A stretch of 64,000 nucleotides of DNA from an uncultured Christensenella sp. Its GTDB lineage: Bacteria; Bacillota; Clostridia; Christensenellales; UBA3700. The position numbers and the translations under genes were made by a program. Positions 27,831 through 38,600 of the stretch are shown piece by piece. The number at the start of each line of letters is the position of its first letter. Within the stretch, counting starts at the first letter, position 1. Location: NCBI GenBank assembly GCA_910579785.1, contig CAJTVJ010000004.1, forward strand, positions 5,842 through 69,841, in the 5' to 3' direction. The notes under the pieces were generated by a model. That model had not been told where the DNA came from, ran no database searches, and was given only the letters and a program-made list of their open reading frames with translations.

Positions 27831-28604
27831 ATGCAAGTATATATTGAGTACGTGATATTGAATAATCTCTTGATAAATGCGTTGATACTCGTATTGACGT
27901 TGAGATTTATGCGTTACAAAATCAACAAGATAGCGCTGCTTTTTGCATCGACGATAGGAGTGGCATATGCGGTATTTTTGCCGATATTCGATATTATGAA
28001 TATCTTTATACTCAAAGTTGTTCTTTCGCTTGTCATGGTGGCGACAGTCATGGGAAGGTGCAGGCTGAAAAGATATCTATGCGCGTGCGCGATATTTTTT
28101 GCGGTCACGTTTTCGCTCGGCGGTGCGGTGATCGGCATATCAAGTATGCTGTCGTATGAGCTGAGCGAACTTAGCAGTTCGCTGATACCGTTTTACGTTG
28201 CCGTTGCCGGATTGGGGGCGCTGTGTATGCAGAGACTTATAAGTAAATATGTGACGTTGGCAAGAAGAAAGTCAAAGTATGAAGAAAATGTTGTGTTGGC
28301 AGCCAACGGCGTTGAAGTCGAGTGCAAGGCTTATTATGACAGCGGCAACAGACTATATTATAAAAACAAGCCTACTATAATAATAGACGAGAGTATTGCG
28401 CTTAGATTATATGGACAAAATGAACTTATTAAGTTGGATAGTTTTACTCAGATAGATACGGTGACAGGCAAAAAACAGATGCAAGTTGTGCCGATCGACT
28501 ACCTGAGAGAAGAGAAAAAGGGAGACAAGATATACGGCGTTTCGGCGGCAATATCGAGACATATAAAGGGTGAATATAAGGTTGTATTGCATTGCGATCT
28601 ATAA
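27831..28604 (+). CDS. spoIIGA: Sigma-E processing peptidase SpoIIGA
   Basis: Five N-terminal TM segments (MQVYIEYVILNNLLINALIL..), an aspartic-protease-like YYDSGN motif, and position directly upstream of sigE. Confidence 0.85.
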   Translation: MQVYIEYVILNNLLINALILVLTLRFMRYKINKIALLFASTIGVAYAVFLPIFDIMNIFILKVVLSLVMVATVMGRCRLKRYLCACAIFFAVTFSLGGAVIGISSMLSYELSELSSSLIPFYVAVAGLGALCMQRLISKYVTLARRKSKYEENVVLAANGVEVECKAYYDSGNRLYYKNKPTIIIDESIALRLYGQNELIKLDSFTQIDTVTGKKQMQVVPIDYLREEKKGDKIYGVSAAISRHIKGEYKVVLHCDL

Positions 28605-28631
28605 ATAGATTTTCAATTTGGAGGCATTGTT

Positions 28632-29333
28632 ATGTGGCAAAAAATCAAAAAATGGCTTAGCGGGATATTTAACGTCAACGATACTCAGGTTGATTTTATC
28701 GGCGGCGGCGAAGCTCTGCCCGCGCCGTTAGATCCGGAGGAAGAAAAGGCGTTGGTCTCAAGATATATGCAGGGCGACGCAGTTGCAAAAAGTATGCTTA
28801 TAGAACACAATTTGCGCCTTGTGGTCTATATAGCAAAGAAATTTGAAAACACCAACGTAGACATCGAGGACTTGATTTCGGTGGGTACGATAGGACTGAT
28901 AAAAGCTGTCAATTCTTTTGACGACGCCAAGCAGATAAAGCTGGCGACGTACGCGAGCCGATGTATTGAAAACGAAATACTAATGCACCTTCGCAAGGTG
29001 ATAAAGACGAGAAAAGAGCTGTCGCTTGACGAGCCGTTAAACGTCGATTGGGAAGGCAACGTCTTATTGCTGTCCGACGTGCTGGGAACGGAGAGCGACG
29101 TGATATATAAGGACGTGGAAAACGACGTCGAAAGAGAAATTTTGATAGCGTCTTTCAACAAGTTGCCTCCGAGAGAAAGACAGATAATCAAGTTGAGATT
29201 CGGCATACTAGGCTCTCCCAAGAAAACGCAAAAAGAAATTGCCGATATGTTTGGCATATCGCAATCATATATATCTAGATTGGAAAAAAAGGTGATGAGC
29301 AAGCTCAAAAAAGAGATGTCAAAACTCGTTTGA
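28632..29333 (+). CDS. sigE: Sporulation sigma factor SigE (pro-sigma-E)
   Basis: Pro-sequence followed by GGGEALPAPL, then HNLRLVVYIAKKF, DLISVGTIGLIKAVNSF and ATYASRCIENEILMHLR. Confidence 0.9.
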   Translation: MWQKIKKWLSGIFNVNDTQVDFIGGGEALPAPLDPEEEKALVSRYMQGDAVAKSMLIEHNLRLVVYIAKKFENTNVDIEDLISVGTIGLIKAVNSFDDAKQIKLATYASRCIENEILMHLRKVIKTRKELSLDEPLNVDWEGNVLLLSDVLGTESDVIYKDVENDVEREILIASFNKLPPRERQIIKLRFGILGSPKKTQKEIADMFGISQSYISRLEKKVMSKLKKEMSKLV

Positions 29334-29527
29334 CAGTTTATATTTAAACGCCAAGTATAATAAATATACGCACATATAATGCAAAAAAATATGTATCTTG
29401 ACGTCTTTGCAATAAAATGCAAAAATTGTAATGAATAATATATTTGATTTTGCGAATAATACAAGTATCTACCTATCTCTACATAGCAAATGCAAAAGCT
29501 GTCTTTGCTATACTAAGGAGGTAAAGT

Positions 29528-30295
29528 ATGGTACGAAAGGTTGTGATAAACGGCATAGATACTAGGTCATTGCCAAAACTCACTCAATCAGAATGTTTGG
29601 ACCTATTAAAGAGGGTAAAAGAGGGAGATAAAGAAGCCAAAGACGCACTTGTGATAGCCAATTTGAGATTGGTGCTTTCTATGGTGCAAAGGTTTTCGTC
29701 AAGAGCAAACAGCGACGACTTATTTCAAGTGGGCGTTGTCGGACTGCTAAAAGCTATCGACGGCTTTGACGCAAAATTCAACGTGAGATTCTCGACGTAT
29801 GCAGTCCCTATGATTACGGGCGAGATACGCAGATTTATCAAAGACGGCACGGGTATCAAGGTAAGCAGAAGTATGCGCGACGTCGCCTATCAAGCTCTTA
29901 AAGCAAAGGAAAAGTTTGAGCTTGTAAATTCCACTTCGCCTACGATGTTGGAGATAGCCGAAGAGATAGACGTGCCGCTTAAAGACGTGGTGTGCGCGCT
30001 TGACGCGGTCAGTGAAACGGTATCTTTGCAAGAGAGCGTGTATAGCGACGGAGAGGACAGTCTTTTGCTTATGGAGCAGCTTGGCGACAGCAAGCAGAGC
30101 GAGGAGATATGGTCGACAAACCTTGCTATAAGAGAGGCTGTGGCAAGTCTTCCCGAAAAGGAAAAAGAAGTGCTTAATTTGCGTTATTACGTCGGCAAAA
30201 CTCAGATGGAGATATCTAAGAATATAGGCATATCCCAAGCTCAGGTCAGCCGATTGGAAAAGAATGCTTTGAAGAGAATTAAAGAGTGTCTATAA
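29528..30295 (+). CDS. sigG: Sporulation sigma factor SigG
   Basis: Sigma-70 regions 2-4 (ANLRLVLSMVQRF, DLFQVGVVGLLKAIDGFD, STYAVPMITGEIRRF, ISQAQVSRLEK). The position after sigE matches spoIIGA-sigE-sigG in other spore formers. Confidence 0.85.
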   Translation: MVRKVVINGIDTRSLPKLTQSECLDLLKRVKEGDKEAKDALVIANLRLVLSMVQRFSSRANSDDLFQVGVVGLLKAIDGFDAKFNVRFSTYAVPMITGEIRRFIKDGTGIKVSRSMRDVAYQALKAKEKFELVNSTSPTMLEIAEEIDVPLKDVVCALDAVSETVSLQESVYSDGEDSLLLMEQLGDSKQSEEIWSTNLAIREAVASLPEKEKEVLNLRYYVGKTQMEISKNIGISQAQVSRLEKNALKRIKECL

Positions 30296-30379
30296 TATGG
30301 ACAAAACGGTAAATGGCTAACAATAATTTATCTGTCATATGTTGCCGATATTGCGAATATAATTGCAATGAGGTGAGAT

Positions 30380-30640
30380 ATGGCAGATTTATCATTTTGT
30401 ATACTTAGAGAAAAAGTCGTAGTCAACGTATGCGACGGAAAAAAATTGGGACACGTGATCGATATCACTTTTAATTCGCACGGACACATATTGGGCATAA
30501 TAGTACCCGGCGACAAGAAGTTTATCAAGAGTCTATCGGCAGGCGACAGTATTTTTGTACCTTGGCGATGTATCGTAAAGATAGGTGAAGACACTATTTT
30601 GGTCGAACTCAACGGAGATATTACGCCGGCAAATTGCTAG
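30380..30640 (+). CDS. ymxH: YlmC/YmxH-family sporulation protein (PRC-barrel)
   Basis: 86 aa; VVNVCDGKKLGHVIDITF, VPWRCIVKIGEDTILVEL. Confidence 0.75.
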   Translation: MADLSFCILREKVVVNVCDGKKLGHVIDITFNSHGHILGIIVPGDKKFIKSLSAGDSIFVPWRCIVKIGEDTILVELNGDITPANC

Positions 30641-30678
30641 GTATATCATACTTTAAATGCCTTAAAATATAATTTTGA

Positions 30679-30725
30679 CGGCAATATGTTGATATTTTGG
30701 CAATTCAAGACGCAATATGTTGTAA
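30679..30725 (+). promoter_or_regulatory. Two tandem NrdR-box-like palindromes upstream of nrdR
   Basis: The core CAATATGTTG occurs twice, at 30682 and 30713 (31-bp phase). It resembles the core of the 16-bp NrdR box consensus acaCwAtATaTwGtgt. The flanks match only partly. Confidence 0.45.
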
Positions 30726-30809
30726 TTTGAAATAAAATATTAGACAAATTTCAAGATTTAGTATATAATTTATTTATTAAATTAACAACGTCTTGGAGGA
30801 AATTTAAAT

Positions 30810-31277
30810 ATGAAATGCGGATATTGCGGTTTTTTGGATAGCAAAGTTGTAGATTCCCGTCAAAACGAAGAAGGCACTTCTATCAGAAGAAGAAGGGAGT
30901 GTATGAAGTGCGGAAAGAGATTTACTACTTATGAGACTATCGAGCTCACTCCCGTGATGGTTGTCAAGAAGAATGGAGCAAGACAGCAATTTTCAACCGC
31001 TAAATTAAAGGCAGGAATATTGAGAGCTTGCGAAAAGCGCCCTGTACCTATGATGCGCATTGACAAGCTTGTCGAAGACATTGAGCGCAAGATTCAGAAT
31101 AATCTCAATGACGAGATCACGTCCGCTCAGATAGGCGAGTACGTAATGGAAGGATTGAAGAGCATAGACGAAGTTGCTTACGTCAGATTTGCGGCGGTAT
31201 ATAGAGAATTTAAGGATATCGAGAGCTGGCTTAGCGAGATAAATACGATTTTGAAGGATAAAAATACCGATAAATAA
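30810..31277 (+). CDS. nrdR: Transcriptional repressor NrdR
   Basis: Zinc ribbon CGYCG..CMKCGKRFTTYE followed by an ATP-cone (VVKKNGARQQF..YVRFAAVYREF). Confidence 0.95.
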   Translation: MKCGYCGFLDSKVVDSRQNEEGTSIRRRRECMKCGKRFTTYETIELTPVMVVKKNGARQQFSTAKLKAGILRACEKRPVPMMRIDKLVEDIERKIQNNLNDEITSAQIGEYVMEGLKSIDEVAYVRFAAVYREFKDIESWLSEINTILKDKNTDK

Positions 31278-31366
31278 AATAATTTTCTATATGCGAGTTG
31301 TTTTGCTATTTGACTTATAATTGCAAATGATTTGTGCTGAAATATCAATATGTTATATTTAGATTG

Positions 31367-31390
31367 AAGGGCTATAAGCCCTTTTTTCTT
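31367..31390 (+). terminator. Intrinsic terminator after nrdR
   Basis: aagggc-tataa-gccctt followed by ttttctttt. Confidence 0.7.
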
Positions 31391-31402
31391 TTGCACTTTT
31401 TG

Positions 31403-31431
31403 TCATATTATGTCGAGTTTTATCATAAATT
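31403..31431 (+). promoter_or_regulatory. Sigma-E-type (mother-cell) promoter upstream of sigK
   Basis: TCATATT-14 nt-CATAAATT, against the B. subtilis sigma-E consensus kmATAtt-14-CATAcahT. It lies ~33 nt upstream of the sigK ATG. Confidence 0.5.
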
Positions 31432-31463
31432 AGTATAAGTAAAATAAAGTTGACGGAGTAATT

Positions 31464-32165
31464 ATGATTTTAACAGGAATTATCGCGCTGTTTAGCAACG
31501 TGTTTTTTCTAAGCGGCTACATAAGCAACAAAAACGCTTTTCCCAAACCGCTTGACCCTCAAAAAGAAAAACAACTATTGGAAGAGATGTATGCAGGCAG
31601 CAAAGAGGCGAGGGAAGAACTTGCAAAGCACAACATGAGACTTGTCGTGCACGTTGCCAAAAAGTATTCTAACTATCATGACAACGACGAGTTGATAAGC
31701 GTTGGCTCAATAGGTCTTGTCAAAGCTCTCAATACCTATTCTCCCGACAAGGGAACTCAGTTTGCAACCTATGCGGCAAGATGTATAGAGAATGAGATAT
31801 TGATGACTTGGCGCGCCAATAAAAAGAATCTCGGCAATAAATCTCTTTATGAGCCTGTCAGTTATGATAAAGAGGGAAATGAAGTCGCGCTCATAGACCT
31901 CATTTGTCAAGACGAAGAAAGCGTGATAGGAATAGTTGAAAATAAATGCGTCGCAGAAAAACTTATGCAGATAATCAAAAGTCAGCTGAGCGAAAGAGAG
32001 TATCAAATAATAGCTATGAGATACGGCTTGGAAGGCAGACAGCCCATGACGCAAAAAGAGGTGGCAAAGGTCTTTAAAATATCAAGATCGTACGTGTCGA
32101 GGATAGAGACAAAGGTGCTTGAAAAACTGAAAAAACATATGATGAAAGAAAAGATCTTTTTATGA
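31464..32165 (+). CDS. sigK: Sporulation sigma factor SigK (pro-sigma-K), uninterrupted
   Basis: Hydrophobic pro-sequence ending YISNKNAFPKPLDP, then HNMRLVVHVAKKY, ELISVGSIGLVKALNTY and ATYAARCIENEILM. One continuous ORF with no skin-like insertion. Confidence 0.88.
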   Translation: MILTGIIALFSNVFFLSGYISNKNAFPKPLDPQKEKQLLEEMYAGSKEAREELAKHNMRLVVHVAKKYSNYHDNDELISVGSIGLVKALNTYSPDKGTQFATYAARCIENEILMTWRANKKNLGNKSLYEPVSYDKEGNEVALIDLICQDEESVIGIVENKCVAEKLMQIIKSQLSEREYQIIAMRYGLEGRQPMTQKEVAKVFKISRSYVSRIETKVLEKLKKHMMKEKIFL

Positions 32166-32286
32166 CGTCAAATTTTGAACATTGTTGTAATTCTATTGTT
32201 GAACAATGTTCAATCATGTTAAAACACGTCGATATTTGCAACTTCAATGTCGTTGACAATAAAGCAGTATTATGATATAATTTATC

Positions 32287-32614
32287 TGCAAGACAGCCAG
32301 ACTATCGCAGACCGCTTAGGTATGAGGAAAGTCCGAGCATCGCAAGGCAGGGTGCCGGCTAACTACCGGTCAAGGCGACTTGAAGGAAAGTGCAACAGAA
32401 ATAGACCGCCTACTTTGTAGGTAAGGATGGAAAGGCGGTGTAAGAGACCACCGTCCCTGAGGTAACTTGGGGAGCCATGTAAACCCCACCTGATGCAAGA
32501 GAAACGCGACTATGAGTAGCCTGCTCGTCGCAAAAATCGCTTGAACGCAACGGTAACGCTGCGTCTAGACAGATGATAGTCCAATACAGAACTCGGCTTA
32601 TAGACTGTCTTGTA
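32287..32614 (+). ncRNA. rnpB: RNase P RNA, bacterial type A
   Basis: P1 pairing caagacag (32289-32296) with ctgtcttg (32605-32612). P4 halves GAGGAAAGTCCGAGC and ACAGAACTCGGCTTATAG. CAGGGTGCCGGCTAAC..CCGG (type-A P11/P12 region). Confidence 0.9.
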
Positions 32615-32618
32615 AAAT

Positions 32619-32642
32619 ACGTCGCTTGTCGGCGTGTTTTTT
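32619..32642 (+). terminator. Intrinsic terminator after rnpB
   Basis: acgtcg-cttgt-cggcgt followed by gtttttt. Confidence 0.7.
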
Positions 32643-32692
32643 ATTGATTGAATTTTATGATTAAAATATAAAATAGTGACAATAATCAATGT

Positions 32693-35600
32693 ATGTTGTA
32701 CGCTATTATATTTGCATTATTTGTATTGTTGATAATTTTTATCTTGCTGTCCAGAAGAGGGAGCAAGGGAGAAGACTTTTCTTTTTCAATGAACGAAAAA
32801 GACTTTAAAGATAATATCAAGCGCCTTGCTATTGGGTTGAGAAGCGGCGAAAACGTTGGCGTTGCTCCCAATATCAACACATATCTAAGAAAAATAAAAA
32901 AAGCTTATAAGATTACGCTTGCAAAAGCGCAGTCCGATCAATCGCTTTATGAGGCGGAAAAGTGGCTGTATGAGAATTATTATGCAGTCACAATAGATAT
33001 AAAGCAATCTAATTATAGGAATTTTTCCAGGCTCACGCACAAGAAAAACAACGTGCGCATTATTCAGCTTGCAAGGTTTTTGGTGGCGTCCAACAACTGT
33101 GTGCTAGACAAAGAATACTTAAAGAGGGGCATAAGTCTTTTCAACGACTTTACGCCGTTGCATTATGAAGAGACTCTTAATTTAAAGAGCGCGCTTGATT
33201 ACGCGCTTATAGAGAAGCTTGCGGGAGTATGCGAGCAGATATATCGAATAGAGAAGCTTAAAAGGCATGCGCAAAAGGATGCCGAGCCTGTCAAAAGACT
33301 GTGCAGATACGATGCGTATCTATATTTTTATAAGCATTTTGGCAAATATCTTGACGAAAAGTATTTTTATAAGATCAACGATATAAATCTTGACGGCATT
33401 GACGTAAGTTTTTCCAATCATTTGGTCGATTGCAGCGTTATGATTTCCAACTGTATTACGTCTGTAAAAGCGCTTAGAGATATTTTTGACGACAGGTTTA
33501 TAATTGAACAATGTTCAATATATGACATTATGGCGCAAGATAAGACTTTTGCAGACATGGACGTCTGCTCTCAATTTGCATATCTGTCGGCTGTAAGCAA
33601 GCTGTCTCTTTTGTACGGAGCAAGCGAGAGGTCGGTTGCAAAAGCGGCAATGGAACTTGGCAAAAGATTCAAAGTGCATTTCGGTGAAATCATATTCGAT
33701 TACAGATATGCGATAAAAGCGCACCTTCATTCCTATGCGCCGCAGATATTGCAAAAACCTACTACTAAACCCGATCAAAGATTGTATGCGTCCGTCATAG
33801 CTTTGCTTTCCATAGCGCTTACTGTCTTAGGTGTTATTTTCCTGCCTAATTGGAGATATATGGTGGGGGTGGGGTGCGCTCTCATATGGGCGGCGATACC
33901 GCTTGCTAGATTTGCAGTGACATTGATAATTGACAGCATATTGCCGTCGAGAAGCGTAGCGTCAATGGACTATGACACTCTGCCGAAAGAAGGGGCTACG
34001 CTTACAGTCAAGTGCGAATTTATCACTTGTGCGCAGCAGGCGGAAGAGGCGTGTCAAAGGCTGATAGACCTTGCATGCAGCAATATGGACGGTGAGTTGG
34101 AATATTCTTTGCTCGTTGACTTGAAGGCGTCTTCGTCGCAAAATGACGAGAAAGACTTGGAAATATTTGAGGTATTTGACAAGATGTCAAAGTATCCTTA
34201 TATTAACATATTTGTCAGAAAACGCATGCTTATAGACGGCAAGTGGAAGGCGTACGAACGAAAGAGAGGTGCTACAAATGCGCTGAATAAAGCTCTTATA
34301 ACTGATAATTGGCAAGATTTTGAGTACGTTTTGAGAAAACAGCGCAAGCCCAATTTTATACTTGTGCTTGATGAAGACAATGAGCTTATGCCCGGCGGAG
34401 TAAAGAGAGCAGTCAACACAATGTTGCATCCTCTCAACGGTAAGTATACGCTTTTGACTTTCCAGCCGAGATATAAGATGTCGTCATTGAAGACTGCTTG
34501 GAGCCAACGCTATAAGTTGGAGAGCGGTGTGGACGGATATTGCAATTACGGAGATTTTTATTACAAAATATCCGGACAGTCGATATATTGCGGCAAGGGT
34601 ATATACAGGCTTGACGATTACGCAAACAAGCTTGAAGGAAAACTGCCTGACAATAGAGTGCTTAGTCACGATATAATCGAGGGCGCGATAGTGTCCAGCG
34701 GAAGTTTGACTTTGCCGACTTATGAAGATGCGCCGACGAGTTTTGTCAGTCACGTTGTCAGAGAAAACAGATGGCAGCGCGGTGATATTCTTCTTATGCC
34801 GTATATCTTTTCTAACAAAACAACTCAGCCGTTTTATAGATACGTCATGGCGTTCAACGTGATAAAGACGGTATTGCCTCTATGTCAATTTATACTAGCG
34901 GCATTGTTGATGCTGACTGGAAATTGGATATTCTTGGTGCCGCTGGCAATAAGTTTTTTCGGCATATATCTCATAAGATTCGGACTGTGTCTCAACGCTT
35001 TGAATTACGACAAGCGTCATAGGTACGTTGTCAAGGAATTTCTCGGCGAAATAGGCGAAATGACATATGAATTTATTATGCTGCCGTTCTTTGCGACGGA
35101 GTGTATCATGCTGTGGATGAGAATGATATTCAAATGTATTTTTGACAGAAAAAACCTCTTAGAGTGGAAGACTTTTTATTCTACACAGAGGGGCAACAGT
35201 ATGTCAAAGCATATACAGACGGTGCTGCCAAGTTGCATATTGTCCATAGTTTTAGGCGCGGTATTCTTTGAGAATATAATATTCCTGATATATATGTCGC
35301 TATACATCGTAGTTGCTTTTAGCATTTACTATTTGGGTGTAAAGAGAGAAAAAAAGATAGAGCTGTCGCAAGACGATGAGAAGTTTTTGCAGGACTTAGC
35401 GGCAAATACTTTGGAGTACTTTAATAGAAATATAAGCGAAAAAACCTTGATATGCGACAATTATCAAGTATTTCCTAAACGAGGCGCCAATTCCTTTACG
35501 TCGCCGACAAATATCGGTTTTGCGCTGCTGTCATACGTGTGCGCACATAAGCTGGGCAAAATATCAGCAAGCGAAGCTTTAAAGAATCTTGACGGTCAGC

Positions 35601-38600
35601 TTGTCATTATCGAGGGCTTGGAGAAGTATAAAGGTCACCTTTATAATTGGTATTCGCTTGCTACACAAAAACCGCTTTGTCCATACTTTGTGTCGTCGGT
35701 TGACAGCGGCAACTTTATCGCGTCGCTCATTGTGATAAAGAGCTTTGTAAAAGATTTGGACGAGGGAATTTATAAGAGGGTATGCACGCTTATCGACGGT
35801 TGTGATTTTGACGCTCTATTTGATTCGTCAAGAGGAAAGTTCTATATAGGTTACAACGGCGAGAAGAATAGCTTTGAGGGGCATTACGATATGTTGGCGA
35901 GCGAAGCGAGAACTCTCTGCTATATAGCGTCCGCTAAAAAGGGCAATACTGCATATTTCAACGGGCTTGCAAGAAATATTGTCAAACTCAAAGGCAACAC
36001 CTTGGTGTCATGGTCGGGTACTGCGTTTGAATATTTGATGCCGCAGTTGTTTTTATCGGATTGCAACGGCAGTCTTTTGACAAAAAGCTGCAAGAATATT
36101 GTGAAAATAATGCAGAAGTCGCGTTGTTCTAACGTATGGGGTATAAGCGAGAGTTGTTATTTTGAATTTAACGACGACAATAGCTATAAATATTCTGCAT
36201 TCGGCGTCAGCAGTATCAGCCTCAACGGAGGCAAAGATAGGTGTGTTATTTCGCCTTATTCAACTGCGCTTGCGCTGAAATACTCGCCAAAAAAGGCGAT
36301 AGCCAATTTGAGAAGACTCAAAGATATGGGAATGAATACTTCTATGGGTATGTATGACGCGATAGATTTCACCAACGGGACCAACATAGTTGCTACGTTG
36401 ATGACGCACCATCAGGGGATGTTGCTGTGCGGTATCGTCAACACGCTATATGACGATTATATCGTCAAATTATTTATGAGTGACAGTGCTATGGCAGGCG
36501 GTAAGCTAATGCTTGAAGAAAAACTTCCTACAACCAAGAGTAAAAAGACAAAGAAGTTTGACGCGGTATACAGTGAAAAAAATATCAACGGTTATTGCAG
36601 GAGCGGTGATTGCGAAGGATTTCCCATCGTCAACGCGTTGACCAACGGGCATTACAGCGCGATTTGCAATAGCAACGGCGGCGGATACAGCTTTGCAAAG
36701 GGCAAATATATAAACAAGTTTAGCAGTGATATCTACGACAATAAAGGAGCGTTTTTCTATATATCGGACGGTGTAGAGACGTATAGTCCGACATACGCGC
36801 CTTATTATAAAGATAAGTGTTCTTATAAGTTTTTGCCGTATGAGAGTGTGTACGTCAACAGCGACAGAAATTGCAGTATGAGCGTATTTGTGCCTGTCAA
36901 TATGAATTGCGAAGTGCGAAAAGTTACTATTGTAAACAATACCGATACTGTCAAAAAATATACCTGCGCATTTTGCGAAGAGTTGGCGCTCAATGATTTT
37001 GGCGGTATGACGTCGCATCCGGCGTTCAACGATATGTTTGTCTCCACGTTTGTCGAAGAAAGACTGTCGAGTCTCATAGCTAAGCGTACGTCGAGAAGTT
37101 TTTTGGGAGATTGCTATGCCGCGTTGAAGGTGATAGGCGTTGATGACTTGCAATATGAGAGCAATCTCGGTAATTTTATAGGCAGAGAAAGGGGATTTGA
37201 TAATCCGATAATACTTGATAAGAATGCAAAACGCGATAAATTCGGACGTTCTGTCGGCGACGTACTCAATCCTTGTCTTGCGTTTGTCGGCGAAATCTCG
37301 CTTGCTCCGTCGGAGAGTAAAGAAATATATTGCATAGTTGCATATGACAGCGATCTGAACGCGCTAAAAAGTAATTTGGAGCAGACTAACAACGTAGATT
37401 TCGCCAAATATGCGTACGAAAGCGCTAAGTTGACTTCATTCTCTAAGGTGTATAAGTATCAGCTCAATGAGAAAATAAGCGATTTGGTATGTCGACTTAG
37501 CACCAATATTATTTACCGTCCTTACGACAGGGATAAGCTTATGGAAATGTCGAGCGATTTTCATACCTCGCTTCCTCTTGCATTGGACAGAAGAGAGAAG
37601 TATATATACTACGTCTATCGCAATCAAGACAGCGCGTTGAAAAATCTGATATATTCAATTATATATATGAATATGGCGTCCGTCAGATGTAAGCTTGTAG
37701 TCGCATACTATGCCGACGAAGAAGACAATGAGGATATATTAAAAGGTTTTATAGATTTAACAAATATCGGCGACTTGCTGAGCCTTAATTGTATAAGATT
37801 TTTAAGACTTGACGGCATTGACGAAGGAAGTCTTGGCGTTGTCATAAACAATGCGTTTATTGCTGTCGACAGGGTAGCCAAAAAGGGCGAAGATCTAGGC
37901 GACGATTTTGAAGAAATCGCGTTGCCAAAGCTTGAAAATAACACTAGCAAAGCAAATAAGTCTGTGATATATCAGACGATAGAAGACGGAATAGTTAAAA
38001 AATGCGGTTTCGGCGGTTTTGACAGCAATGGAGATTACGTTGTAAATGAAATGCCGCAACTTCCTTATTCCAACGTGATTTGCGGAGAAAAAGGCGGTTT
38101 TGTCACCACTCACAACGGCGGAGGCTTTGACTATTTTGAAAACAGTAATCTCAACAGGGTTACTAAATTTGAAAACAATCCTATATACGATACGCCTTGC
38201 GAAGAGGTGTATATAGACGTCGACGGATTGCAACGGGTCAACAAGTTGAATGACAAGGGATATGTCAAACACTCTTTGGGTAAGAGCGAGTTTTGCGGAA
38301 AAGTCAATGACGTAAATTACTGCGTTGAAGAGAGTGTTATAAAAGACGGCGCGGCAAAAGTCATAAAGATAAGGATGTCGAAAAACAAAGATATTGTCAC
38401 GTCTAAGGTATTGTTTGCTGTCAACGCTATGCTTGGCGATCTGCCGATAAATCAAATGATTTTTGACGAGCAGCTTGACGGCAACACTATCAAGATAACA
38501 AATGCTTTCAATAATCAATGCGCATACGTCAAATGCGACGTTGAGATAAAGTTGATTCCCAATAAGGCTTGCTTTAAAGGTCTTGGCGGAGAGGTGGGGC

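Noticed and set aside
32199-32213. TTGAACAATGTTCAA read as a LexA (Cheo) box.
   Set aside because: The Gram-positive LexA box is GAAC-N4-GTTC, and here the spacer is 3 nt. The location after sigK is also not a plausible SOS promoter.
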